Part shown: piece by piece, positions 32,161-46,802 of the stretch
How the letters are laid out: every line of letters begins with the position of its first letter
How positions within the stretch are numbered: the stretch's first letter is position 1
NCBI RefSeq assembly: GCF_009914755.1
Contig: NC_060939.1
Source: the human T2T-CHM13v2.0 reference genome, Homo sapiens
Length of the DNA stretch: 64,000 nucleotides
Direction: 5' to 3' (one strand)
The notes under the pieces: generated by a model
What the model was told of the DNA's origin: nothing
Database searches by the model: none
What the model saw: only the letters and a program-made list of their open reading frames with translations
Program-made: the position numbers and the translations under genes

Positions 32161-32800
32161 ACTCCAGGGAAGGCTTTGCTTTTGAAAATTAAAGACTCTG
32201 AAGGGCAAACTTCTTCTACTGTGTGAGGGGATAGATCTTCCCTGCAGGATGGATTAGCCAAGGGCTAGGGGTTGCAGGTTAATGCAGTGAGAAGAGGGAA
32301 ATGTCTCAACCCTAGATGATGGGACTTGGATCCCAGGTAAGGAAGCAGCTTCAGATTGATTGGGAAGGAGACCAGGGCACAAGATCACATGCCTTCAAGG
32401 GTCAGAACCTCCCAGGGGATATATGTGTGGGTGTCAGTGGGGGACTTGGCATAATATACCGGTCCCTTGAGGCCTAGAGCAAGGTGCCAGGTGGCCAGGT
32501 TGGGAGGAAAGGCACAACTGATGGAAGCATCTCACCACTGCAGAGGACTTACCCTGCTGGATGAGTATTTGGGCAAGCAAGAGGGTTTCATCCAGAACCT
32601 CACTGTTAGACAGTTGGGGAATGGCTAGTATGCAGTAGTGGCTTTGGGGGAAACAAGAAAAAAACAACAGAAAGATGCCCCCACACAAAGAAACATTGTT
32701 TTTGGACACCTATCAGTTGCCTAGATTTCTCTATGTTTGGTCATAGGGAAGAATAGTTGATTTTGGACTTCATGCCAATCCTGGCATATGGAGAGATTAA

Positions 32801-33180
<380 letters not shown>

Positions 33181-34058
33181 TATGCCTCAGTTTTGTACTT
33201 GACTGCCAAGCTCTTCACACTCATAACACCATTCTTATCATTGTTGTTGTTAATAGTAGTAATAATCATAATGGTAATGATAAGAACAATGGGTTGAGGT
33301 TTTGCACTCCTGGTGAGGCAGGACTGAGCTGCATCTTTAAGTGACACTCCCTGCACAGTGGTTCTGGTGCCCTCACTTCCGGTGGGCTCCATTTGCAGTG
33401 CGTCTTCAATCTTATTGATTGGATGTGTTGAGCAAAATTCAGAGAAAGTGCTTCACAGAACTGCCCTGGCGGGGCTGCAAAATGGCCACACGAGGCTACC
33501 CAGAATGAAGCTACGTCTTCTAAGCGGGGAAGGGAATACAGAATTACTCTTCCTTCTGGGCATCCTGGCCGCCCCCTCCTCTGACCTTGTGATGCTCTCT
33601 CTCTGTCTCGCTGTCTCTCTCTGACCTCTCCCTTCCCCTGGCACTGACTGATAAGGACAACAGAAGTCTGTTTTTGCCAACCTCATGAGGTCTGTGGTGG
33701 CCTAAAGTGACTGTGGGGTCTTGACCCTCAGGTCTCACTAGAGTCAGATATACTGAGAGACCAACTTCCCAACCAGAAATAACTTCAGAGAGACAGGACC
33801 AGGCTTCCGGAGTCACAGGACTGAGAGAGACTGAGCCAGCTATTTCAGGAGGTCTTCATAACAGCAGACACAAAAACGGAAGACTGAAAACAGAGAGAGA
33901 GTTCTTTCTAGACATAAAAGTCTCAAGCTGAAAACCCTGGGGCTATCTCAGCATCAACTCTTGGTGAGGCGCTGCTGTTCCTCAGGTGTGTGGAGACCCA
34001 GAAGACAAGTGCTCCCTCTTTTATGCAGAGACAAGCAGCTGTCTTAGAACTGATGATT

Positions 34059-34452
<394 letters not shown>

Positions 34453-34904
34453 TCATAAAGTAAGGAGGTCAGTTGAGATGGTCAGCTCCCACCTCTCCTT
34501 CCTGCTTCTGAAACTCACAGATGGATACCCCAAGGTGCCCACGTTCTGATTCAGCCCCACCTGAGGCTGGTTCTTTTCTGTCATCTTGATAGTCTTAGAA
34601 TTCAATTTTCCTGGGGGTCTGGTGTTACCATTATGAACTATCATTCCCTAGGACTCTTTCACGGCCTTCCAAGACACCTATTAGCCTCTCCTTTGAGGCT
34701 AACCAGGCTTGGGCATCCGTCCTGATGAACAGGGGGCCCACTGATGTCATCCCTGTGGAGGGACAGACACTGGCTATTGTGGACACAGAGCTCTGCCTGC
34801 CTCAGCCCACACTTGTCCCAGCTTTCTGCTTGCTCCCTGCCTCTTCCTGCCTTGAGGTGTTGCAAGCTAGCCACCAGGATCCGTAAAGGAAATCTAGACA
34901 TGGC

Positions 34905-35179
34905 TTTTATTTTTTAATTTTTTTTTTTGAGATGAGGTTTCCCTATGTTGCCCAGGATGATCTCAAACTCCTAACCTCAAGCAGTCCTCCTGCCTCAGCC
35001 TCCTGAGTATTGGGACCGAAGGCACGTGCCACCATGCGTGGCTAATTTCCTTTTCTTTTCTAGAGATGGGGTCTTGCTATGTTGCCCAGGCTGGTCTCGA
35101 ATTCCTGGGCCCAAGAAATCCTCCTGCCTTGGCCTCCCAAAGTGCTGGGATTATAGAAGTGAGCCATTACACCCGGCCT
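34905..35179 (-). mobile_element. Dimer of two left-arm/FLAM-type Alu monomers
   Basis: Both monomers lack the right-arm ggagtgcagtgg segment. Confidence 0.75.
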
Positions 35180-36279
35180 GGAGGTGGTCTTTGAGATCGG
35201 ATATTAAGCAGACTTACACCAACTTTTCTTTCTTTTAGGTTCTCAAGGCATCTCTTACAAATGTAGAGAAAGCCCTGGCTATGGGCCACGTCTCATTTCC
35301 TTGCAGAAACCCCTTCTCTCTGAAATACGGTGGAATGTAAGAATTGCCCATCTGAAGACCTTTGTGTCCTTTTCCAACACTGCTGTTGGAGATGCTGCTC
35401 ATTGTGTGACCTCATGTCTGTTATATAAAGATCCACTTGATAAATTTCTCCTTAAACACAGTGCCAGGAAAATTTTCTTTTTCCAATCGGATTCCAAAGT
35501 TATTGTACAATGAGAAGTATATGAGCCAGTGTGTTTCCCTTTTATCCAGGAAACTCAGTGATAAATCCAGGGTTTAACTGTAGTAAACAACATCCCAGGT
35601 GCCTTGAAACGTATTGTTCTCTTTTTACTCTAGCTCATTGGTCCTTGAGTTGTGTTCTGTTTTTAATGTTTCCTTAGACTCCTTTGGGAAATAGTAAGGT
35701 GTAAATTTGCTCCAAAAAAATCCATGCATACAAGCACATATACATGAGACAGATGGCCTCTTCCTGTCCCTTTCTTACCATCACCACTGCTATGTCCCCA
35801 GCCCAGGCTAAATGCCAGGCACTGGGAATGCAGTGATGAAAGGCGCTGCCTGTGAATGATTCATGGTTAGTCTATTGCAGGGATAAGCTGGCACAGAAAG
35901 AACGCGAATGTAAGGCGGAATAGGGTCAGTGCCGACATCAAGGAACAAAGAAAAAGCTAGAGGGGTTCAGAAGGAGAGCAATTGATTCTGCAAAGAGACA
36001 TCAGAATGTGGAAGCCTTCTGGGATGGAAGGGAATTTCAACTGGACTGGGAAGGATGGAAAGGATTTTGAAGGCAGAGATAGAGGAGGAACATCTCTGAC
36101 TGAGAAAACAGTTTGAACAAAGACTTGTTCTGGAAAAAAAGTAAATCGTCCTCCACATTTGGCAAAAACACTAACTGAGTTGGTTGGCAGGTAGGATACA
36201 TGAAGGAGACAGTGGGAACTGAGGATAAGATTCTTTCACATGATATCTATTTTGCAATTTATAAATGGAATTTGGGTTC

Positions 36280-36400
36280 AAGCCTGTAGTCCCAGCTACC
36301 GAGAGGCTGAGGGAGGAGGATTGCTTGAGCCTAGGAGTTCGAGACCAGCCTGGGCAACAGAGCCAGACCCCATTTCTTAAAAAAAAAAAAAAAAAAAAGA
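36280..36400 (+). mobile_element. Truncated FLAM/Alu monomer
   Basis: gcctgtagtcccagctac...gagaccagcctgggcaac followed by poly-A. Confidence 0.8.
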
Positions 36401-38003
36401 TCTTGGGTTCAATATGTCCTTTTGTTCAACAACCCTGTGAAGTAGCAGAGGAAATAGGATTATTTCCTGTAATGGATCAGGTAACCCGGTTACAGGGCAG
36501 TTAATTCATTCTAAGTGACACAGGCTGTAAGTGAGAAAACCAGCACCAAATTTCACACTAATTTTACTACATTAAGTTTCATCTCTGGAAATCAAGAAGA
36601 GGTTTGCAGGGCCAAGCTAGTTGAAGCTCACCGTGGACTAAGAATCAAAGTTGGTTTTTTTTTCCTTTCTTTTTTTTTCTTAAGAGGTGGGTGGGGGTGT
36701 TGACAAGGAGGAAAGGGAGGAACCCACAAATGTAATTTCAGCAACAGTTCCCTTAACAACGCCCGCAGATGGATGAATTTCCGCACAGTCTGGTTCTCTG
36801 TTCCTTTTCTGTTCCTGAAGAGAAACAATTGAGGGAGTGAAGGATATGCAGTGATGTTTATCTTTCCAGCTCTGAACTTTCAAATTCTGGAATCCCCCAG
36901 GGTTGGGGAAGGGTGGGTGTAGTCACTTCCCACCGTTGCAGAGGGATGGGAGATGTAGCAACTCCTGTTGGGGCATGGGGCGGGGTGTGTGATTTCCTCC
37001 CAAATCGGAAATTTATCTCCCGAATGGGAGGCTGCAGAGAGTCATCAAGGACTTATCTCCAGGAGCAGACACCAGAGAGGAGCCCTGCCCAATCCTTTAC
37101 CCCAAAGGGGGCGTGCTTAGCCCGAGGAGGAAGAAGAGGGTTGCCAGCTAAGAGTCAGCACCAAGGGCACCCGCTCTCATTCATGTGTCAATGAAGAATT
37201 CCTGCCAGACTTCCAGTACTGTCCTCGACCATGGGCAGAATCCCAGCTGCCCCTCCCAGAACACTCCATGCCACTGGAACTCAGGAGCGCAGGTCAGTTC
37301 TGCAATTGAAAGCAAAGGGGAATTTTGGTCCTTTCCTTGGATTGAGTCCAGAATTCTGGGATGAACAGCTCAGCTCCTAGAAATTATGCTCTGGAATTTC
37401 CAAAAGCTCAACAAATAGCCCCAACATGCAGGGTTGTCTGTTGAGATGAAGCATCCTTTTACTACCCTTAGAACATTACAACAGGAAGGAAGTCCCATCC
37501 CTTTTTTATAGATGAGGAAACTGCAGGTTAGAGAGGCTAAATATATATTAAATCAAGCATATTAATTCTAGTATTTAAATTTTCTAAGTGCTTATTTTAT
37601 TTTAAATCTGTTTTATTAGACCTAAAGGTAGGTAAATCTTCCTCTCCTACTATCTTCCTCCTCACGTATATTTCCAAAGGTTTTTTTTCCCTATATTTAT
37701 ACAAGTAATTAGCTTCCGTCCATTTGTTTCATCACCTATAAAATAGGAATGATCTTTGCCTCATAGATGCATGAGTATTAAAGTACATAAGATAATACAT
37801 GTACGGCATTTAAAGCAGTTTGCAAACACTCAATAAGTGTTATAAGAGGAGAAAATTTCCACTTAAAACTTCTTCCACCTTCTCTGCCTGTCTGCATCCC
37901 AGGTTTTTGGTATAGTCTGGGACTTTTGACAAAGTTTAATGCTCGTTACCATACTGATGTATTTTTTTTCTCCAAGAATTATTTAACATCTGCATTATTT
38001 TGA

Positions 38004-38341
<338 letters not shown>

Positions 38342-38794
38342 TCATCTTAGTTCTAAGTTTAAATTATTTCAGTGCTGATTATCTGTCCTACTGTAATACA
38401 GTCTTCTATTATAGAGTTCTTTATTTTGACGTACAGATCAACTGCATAGTATTTTTATGGAAAGGTACGGCAGAGGCATATTGAGACCTTACAGATACCT
38501 TAGAGTGTCTTTCTATTGCTTTAAATAATGAACAATGGATGACTTCTTGGGGTTTGAAATCTTGCTTTGCAAACTTTCCCCCTCAGAATTTTATGTAGCT
38601 GCTGGAGTACACTGAGGCTAGCTCCATTTTTCTTCCATTGCCTACAATGTTCTACATGCCTAGATAATAATAGGCATCTTCCTTTATCCTTGAAATAAAA
38701 AAATTATCTACTTTTTATCTCTTAAGAATTCTCATTCTTAACAAAAAGAGGTTTAAGTTGGCCAGGTATTTCCTTTTCCTCTCTCTCTCTCTAT

Positions 38795-38926
38795 TTTTTT
38801 TTTTTTTTAAGAGACACAGTCTCGCCATGTTGGCCAGGCTGTTCTAGAACTCCTGGGTTCAGGCAATCCTCCTGCCTTGGCCTCCCAAAGTGCTAGGATT
38901 ACAGGAGTGAGCCACCATGCCTGGCC
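38795..38926 (-). mobile_element. FLAM_C/Alu left monomer
   Basis: Single monomer with poly-T. Confidence 0.85.
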
Positions 38927-39311
38927 CCAGAATATGTCTTTGTGTCATCCTTTGGTCCTCACTGGATTTGTCCTCCTGCATGCTAGTAGCTCCTCTCATT
39001 TTCCTCCAGGTAGAGGGCTGGCTGGTTAAGTCTGTGTTACTAGTTCAATAACTTGGCCACCAACTTGGCTGGCTTGAGGAAGGAGTTTAGAAAATCCCTA
39101 GATGTGTATGCTTGGTTTTGTTTTTGATAATGCTGCTTTACTGGGGCAAACATTCCACATCTCATTTCTGATCAATCCAGCCTTCCTTCTGTGAATGGGT
39201 CCTGGCAAGGTTGGCAATGGAAATATTTAACAACCTGCCCTGACTAATCAGGAATAGGCAGAGGTAGTGTTGAGGCAGAGGCCTAGAAGCCCCTCTTGTG
39301 CCAAATATTTA

Positions 39312-39782
<471 letters not shown>

Positions 39783-40476
39783 TCAAAGAGCCAGCCAGTG
39801 CATCTAGTGATGTCAGACTGAAGTCCAGCCCACAGTGTCAGGGACAATTCCTGTGGAGCTGGCCCCCAGGTGCTCTGTCAGTGTCTCTACTTGCTGTTGT
39901 CCTCTGGCAGGGATGCTTTGCAATGCTGTTTGATTGCAATGACATCCCCCCAAACTCAGAATCAGGATGGTTGTCTGACATTCTCCAGGAATCTAATCAT
40001 GTGCCTGGCCAACTGACCTCACTACCTCACTGCAGACTACACCACCACCCTCTTCCAGGACAAAAGGTGTAGCTCTGAGGGTACACTTGGAGACGGCAAG
40101 TACCATCTGTAATATTGAACTGAGATTGGCATTTAGTTGTTATTGAATTTCATCATTCCCTGGAATTGAGCCAAAGAGTGGCTCTATCATGTGGCAGCCA
40201 AACTGTTAGGAGAATGGTGCCAAGTAGTGCAAATTTGTTCAGCACAAATAGCAATTGTGCTCAGAATATTCTCACACAAGGAGAGGATCAGGAAAAGAGT
40301 GGTTCTGATCTAGGTCCCTGAGCTGCTGGGTGAGGGCTGGGTCTGAGAACGTATCAGGACCAGGCCACGTTCACGTTTTCTAGGCCAGTTCCAGCACAAG
40401 ACCTTTTGCAGAAAATTCAAGGGGAGGTGATCTATGCAGAGTGTTATGTAAATCCAGTCATAGAAGTGGGTCACAG

Positions 40477-40770
40477 GGCCCAGTGCTGTGGCTCACACCT
40501 ATAATCCCAGCACTTTGGGAGGCCAAGGCCGGGAGATTGCTTGAGCCCAGGAGTTCAAGACCAGACTGGGCAACATAGCAAGACTTCTGTCTCTACAAAA
40601 AAAAAAATAAAAAATTAGTTGACGTGGTGGTGCACATCATTTCAGCTACTTCAGAGGCAGAGGTAGAAGGGTTGCTTGAGTCCAGGAGGTGAAGGCTGCA
40701 GTGAGCTGTGATTGCATCACTGCCCTCCAGCCTGGGCAACAGAATGAGATCCTGTTTCAAAAAAATTAAA
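40477..40770 (+). mobile_element. AluJ
   Basis: Dimer with J-type motifs. Confidence 0.9.
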
Positions 40771-41158
40771 AAGTAAGCCACAGATATTTTATAGATATGT
40801 GTATTTCTTCTGCAGAGGGCAGGCTGGTATCTGTGGCAGGCAAACCCAAAGAGACACCGGCTTAGCTTGCAGATACCTCAAGCCCCAGGACTCACATGCC
40901 AGGACAGATGATAGGACAAGAAATGTAGTTGATGTTGGATCATTACGTTGGGTATTAATTTGGAAGGGAAGAATTTGATCTATGGGGTTGAATCAATGAG
41001 GAAGTTTTATAGACATAGAACATCCAAAAGATTGATAATAAAGGAGGATTTTGGAGAGTCTGCCAGACAAGCCTTTAAAATGTACCTGGGTTGAAAGACC
41101 AAATATCTTAGCCTCACTGAAGGGCAGCCGCTGGAGAAAGAGAAGACCGAGGAAGCAC

Positions 41159-41190
41159 ATGATGATGATGATGATGATGATGGTGATGAT
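41159..41190. repeat. (GAT)n microsatellite
   Basis: Directly visible. Confidence 0.9.
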
Positions 41191-41307
41191 GGGCAACTTT
41201 TATTGAGCACTTAGTATGAGCCTGGCACTGCTCACGTCAAATTTATATGTATTAACTCATTAACTCATTTACTTGTTGCAGTAAGTGAACAAAATAGATA
41301 GTATTAC

Positions 41308-42122
41308 TGTAGTGTTGTGATAAAGACTGGTTTTCATCTACGATTCCTGGCTCATAACTCCCATAACACAAGTTACAGGCTTTTGTTATAATGCTGGATG
41401 TGTTTGGCCTCAGGAAACAGAATCTCCTGCCCTCCTTTCACTTGCCCCAAGGCAGGACTCTAGTCTTTCCCCACCCTTCTGATTGGAGTCTCAAGATCCT
41501 CCCCAGGGAGGATCCCACCCTATATCCTGGAGAAAGGATTGGGGACCTTATGAACCTTCCATAAAAACTCAAGAGGAAAACAAAAAAAACCCAAGAGGAC
41601 TGTGAATTTGGGGAGCTTATGAATAGAATAGCTGACCACCTGGAGGTTCCTGGAGGGTGGTGTGCCCAGGAAGGGCATGGAAGCGCCGCGCCCCGTCCCC
41701 CATAGCTCGCCATATGCATTTCTTCACCTGTATCCCTTGCAGTACTCAGTATAATAAGCTACTACCTGTGTTTACCTGAGTTCTGTGAGCTGCTCCAGCA
41801 AATCTCAAACCTAGAGGGGATTATGGGAATCCCAACTTGAAGCCAGAAGGTCACATGCTCTGGAGGTCTGAACTTGCAACTGGTATCTGGCTTGAGGGGT
41901 AGTCTTGGGAACTGAGTCCTCAGTCCATGGGTTCTGACACTATCTCCGGATAAATAGTGTTGGAATGAATTGGAGGGCACCTAGCTGGTGTCCGCTGCTT
42001 GGTGAATGGGGGAAAACCCCCTCATGTTTGGTCACAGATGTCCTCTTCTATGTTGATGGTTATTGTGGTATACGTATGAGAGGTGAGGAAAAACATGATT
42101 TCAGAGAGTTTTTCCCTAAATA
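41308..42122 (+). mobile_element. MER21-family solo LTR inserted in a MIR
   Basis: ttcctggctcataactccc...ctgagttctgtgagctgctccagcaaat...ctagctggtgtccgctg; ttac flanks both ends; MIR sequence on either side. Confidence 0.8.
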
Positions 42123-42946
42123 ATTACTATCCCCATTTTCCAGATGGGAAAATAGAGGCGCAGAGAGGAGAACAAAAACTGCTCAAAGGTGACAGAGCTA
42201 ATAAGTGATGGAGCTGGTTGTCAAGTGCTTTTCCACTAAAGAAAAAGAATGGGCAGCCTTCTAATTAAGTAATGAAAATCAAAATTTTTTTCTGCAAGGC
42301 AGAGAAAGTAGCAGTAGAATTCAGCATGGAAAACAGGGACTGGTTCAGTCAAATGCTGCCAGGAGGCATCCACAGACAGGAGCTTTTAGCCAACTTCAGT
42401 TTTCGCCTTCAATTTTCCCTCTAGTGCAGTGAAGCTGGGAAGAGACTAGAAAGCTGTGACAGTGAGCATGGGGCAGTAGGGACTGCTTCCTAGGCCTTAC
42501 CCAGGTCGTCTGAACTGAACAGGAGCGGGCCAAAGTTCTGGCAGCTACTTTAAAGACAGCAAGTATTCCACAAGGAGCTGCAAGGAAGGTATCCTCTCCC
42601 ATGAGTGGGACTTAGGCTGTGCCAAAGGGATATGGTATCCAAGGGAGTTACAAGGCATCCTTTTGATCTTATTTGGAAGGTTCTAGAAAGATTGCATTTG
42701 GATCTCACAGGCTGAGGAAATATATAAAAGAATTCTTTCCAAATATCTTATATCTAAGTCTTAAGTTATTCCAATCTGAAAGTGTGGAAAAATCATCCCA
42801 AATGCCACTAGTCAGAGGTTATTTCCAATCCCAATCTGGAAAACATTCTTCCAGGCATCCCTGTAGGCTTCTATACATGGGTATAAAATTTTACATAAAT
42901 GGCACCTACTGTATATGATATTCTCTAGTTTGCTATTTATATGGCA

Positions 42947-43170
42947 TGTTGGTTTTCTAGGGCTGCTGTAAGAAATTGCCACAAACTTGGTGGGTTAAAA
43001 CAAGGGAAATATATTCTCCTATGGTTCTAGAGGCCAGAAACCTGTTACCAAGATTTTGGCAGGGTTGGTTCCTTCCGGTGACTCTGAGGGAGAATCTGTT
43101 CCATGCCTCTTCTGGCAGCTTCTGGCGATCCTTGATGTTCCCTGTCTTGTAGCTGTGTCACCTCAATTTT
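42947..43170 (-). mobile_element. MLT1C/D-like LTR fragment
   Basis: agggctgctgtaagaaattgccacaaacttggtgg...ggcagggttggttccttc. Confidence 0.7.
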
Positions 43171-43543
43171 TTGTCTTTCTTTTCTTTTCCCTCCCTCCCT
43201 CCCTCCCTCCCTCCCTTCCTCCCTCCCTCCCTTCCTTTCTCCCCCATACCTTTCTCCCCCCTCCCCTCCCTCCCTCCCTCCCTCCCTTCCGTCCCTCCCT
43301 TCCTCCCTCCCTTCCTTTTTTCCTCCCTCACTCCCCCTCCTCCTTTCTCCCCCACCCTCCCCCCCTTTCTTTCTCTCTCTCTCTCCTTCCTCTTTCTCTT
43401 TCTTTCTTTTTCTTTTTTCCTTCCTTTCTTTTCCTTCCTTTCTTCCTTTCTTTCCTTTCCTTCTTCTTTTCTTCCCTCCTTCCCTCCTTCCTTCCTTCTT
43501 CCCTTCCTCCCTTCTTCCCTCACTCCTTCTCTTCTTTCTTTTC
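43170..43543. repeat. ~370-bp polypyrimidine (CCCT/CCTT/CTTT) tract
   Basis: Almost exclusively C/T on +; followed by a partial AluJ right arm at 43544-43650 (-). Confidence 0.95.
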
Positions 43544-44466
43544 TGAGACAGGGTCTCACTGTGTCACCCAGGCTGGAGTGCAGTGGCCCAATCACAGCTC
43601 ACTGCAGCCTTGACCTGCCAGGCTCAAGCAATTCTCCCACCTCAGCTTCTGAGCCAAGCAGTCAGTGGCCACTGGAGAGGTTGGTTGGCAGAAGTGGAGG
43701 GATAGCAACTTATCTGAGACAAATAGAGGAGGGTTTCCTGCAATTCTGGGGAAACTGAGACCTGCCTATTGCAGCAGCTCATGACTAATGTATTAACACT
43801 TCCGGGCTGCTATGTGATCCAGATGGACAGGCATTTGAAGGCTGACGCAGGCAGAAGATTATTAAGTCCACGTGATGTGCAAACACAGGTTTTGGAGGAT
43901 GGGTAGCTGTGTATTTCCAGTGAATAAAATTTATGATAATATGAGTGTTTGTACTGTACTACAGATGGTCCCAGGAGTGTGAAAAAGAAACTGAACAATT
44001 CACTGATGTGGCAGGTGCTTTCAAATATCCCCTTGTCTATCAGGCATTGTCGCTGGGGCTAAGGCTATGTCGATGAAACAAAAAGACCCCTGTCTTTATG
44101 GGGCTTACACTAGTCCAAGTTGCTCATTGCTAAGAAAAATTGCCCATAATAGGGATTTGCAGAGAAAATGCAAAGTGTCATGAGAACCAGGGAGTAGCAG
44201 ACAGCTTAATCTGGGCTGGGGATGTTGCTGAGGGAGATGACTTCTAAGATGGTCTTGATAGATGAGTAGAAATCACACGGAGAAGAAGGGTCTTGAGAAA
44301 GTAAATTCAAATAGAGTTAAAAGCAAGGGCAAGAAAGACATAGTTTGGGGGAGTCTCAAGGATTTTGATATTTTTAGAACATAATGTGAAACAGGATTAT
44401 TTGCAGGAGTGAAACCTAAGACTATTGCAAGTAGACAATAATTTAATAGGCTTCCGACATCAGACT

Positions 44467-44578
44467 GACGGGGTTTCACCGTGTTAACCAGGATGGTCTC
44501 GATCTCCTGACCTCATGATCCGCCTACCTCGGCCTCCCAAAGTGCTGGGATTACAGGCGTGAGCCACCGTGCCCGGCT
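44467..44578 (-). mobile_element. AluY/Sc left arm only
   Basis: gacggggtttcaccgtgttaaccaggatggtctcgatctcc; no linker, right arm or tail. Confidence 0.85.
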
Positions 44579-44894
44579 GGCTTTTAACCTCGGTGTTTAT
44601 TACAGTGAGAGAAGATGTATCATTAGTTCCAGAAGCAAAGGTTTACAACTCCCTTTGGAATCAGAGACCCACTTGTAAACTGGAGTCTTCTGAACTGAGC
44701 CTGGAGAACACCTTGCTGTCACTGCATCATTTTTCTAGTCACAAATCAGAAGCTGTACCCACGAATTGCCACATGAGGGCACACTTGCCCAATTATGAAA
44801 TTAAACACGCTCTTTCAAAGGTCAGGGAAGCCCTTGTCCTAAACATTTCTTCTGGATGAGACATTACTTTTGAGCATGAGAAACAGCCCAGTGT

Positions 44895-45190
44895 GGCTGT
44901 GTGGTGGCTCAAGCCTGTAATCCCAGGACTTTGGGAGGCCGAGGCGGGTGGATCGCTTGAGCCCAGGAGTTCAAGACCAGCTTGAGCTACATAGCAAGAC
45001 CCCATTTCTACAAAATATTTAAAAATTAGCCGGGCGTGATGGTGTGCACCTATAGTACTAGCTTCTCAGGAGGCTGAGGTGGGAGGATTGCTTGAGCCAA
45101 GGAGTGCAAGGCTACAGTGAGCTGTGATCACACTATGACACTCCAGCCTAAATACAGCAAGACCCTGTTTCAAACCAACCAAAACAAAAA
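44895..45190 (+). mobile_element. AluJ
   Basis: Dimer. Confidence 0.9.
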
Positions 45191-45299
45191 ACAAGCCCAA
45201 TGCGACTATCTAAAACCTGCAAACATCTGCTGAATGAGGTGCCTGGAGGAATTTGAGCAGAAAACTGGTTCCCATTCTTGGTCTGCTGTCAGACTTTTC

Positions 45300-45545
45300 A
45301 TAATAATAAGCAGTAGTATTTACCGAGTACTCACTGTGTCCTAGGTACTGTGCCAATGTGTCACACACGTCATCTTACATACATATCCACACTCATCATA
45401 TAACGTGAGTGAGGTTATTTCTCCATTTTACAGATGAGGCAACTAAGTCATAGACTGTGATTCCACCCAAGGTTTACACAGCAGGTGAGTGCTTAGTTCT
45501 GCCATTTGGATTGAGAATATCTGACTCCAAAGCCTGTGATTTAAA
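45300..45545. mobile_element. MIR
   Basis: ccattttacagatgaggcaactaag core. Confidence 0.7.
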
Positions 45546-45548
45546 TTA

Positions 45549-45986
<438 letters not shown>

Positions 45987-46802
45987 TTATTTTTCAATGT
46001 TTTCTTTCTCCTTTCCTCCCCTCTTATCACATTTTTTTTTTTTGATGGTGGGTTTTAGTTCTGACTCCCATGTTAACTTATGTTTTCCCATACTATCTCT
46101 GCACTTCCGTTTCCTCGTCTGTGAAACTGAGACACACCCTATCTTCTCCCATCAGCTTAAGGGAACCGGAGAAGCTGACGGTTTGGGGAAATGAGTCTGC
46201 CTTGATACCCTTCTGTGCACATTCATCCAGTATCTTTAAGTTCCTGGAAATGGTCTCTTTCTTAACTTTACCCTATTGTACTGTAAGTGAATAATTGCAT
46301 TGCTTCCAAACCTTTTATAATTGCTGACTTTTAAATTGCAGAAAAATAGAAATGGACCCAAACAGATTCATTCTTGTTGCATTCTGAATCTTATATTCAA
46401 TATGTGAAATGCTTTTATTTATATTTTTCTGAAGCCATAAGGGCCAGCATTTTTTTTTTTTCCCAACCAGCAACAGGAGATGAATGGGTCAATGAGAATC
46501 AGATGAGTGTTCCCACAGTTGTGGCCAGATAAGGGGTAGGAAGTAGAAAAGGCCCTGGACAAAAAGTCAAGTGACATTAATTCTAGCCCCTGCTCTTCCT
46601 CCTGAGGGGCTTGTGGTCCTCAAGGGTTTGGACCCACTCTGGGCTTTTATTTTCTCAGCTGTAAAATTAGAAGGGCCAAACTAGATCGGTGGTTTTCAAT
46701 CTATGCTCTACAGATTCTTAGGGCCCTCTGGTGGGGCAAGGTGGAAGTTTTGGCCCCAACTCACCCTTTGAGTCTATCATAAGACCACCCTTTTTAAATC
46801 TG

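Noticed and set aside
43056-43758. 145-195 aa Pro/Ser/Phe- or Arg/Glu/Gly-rich ORFs
   Set aside because: Translations of a stop-free low-complexity tract and Alu.
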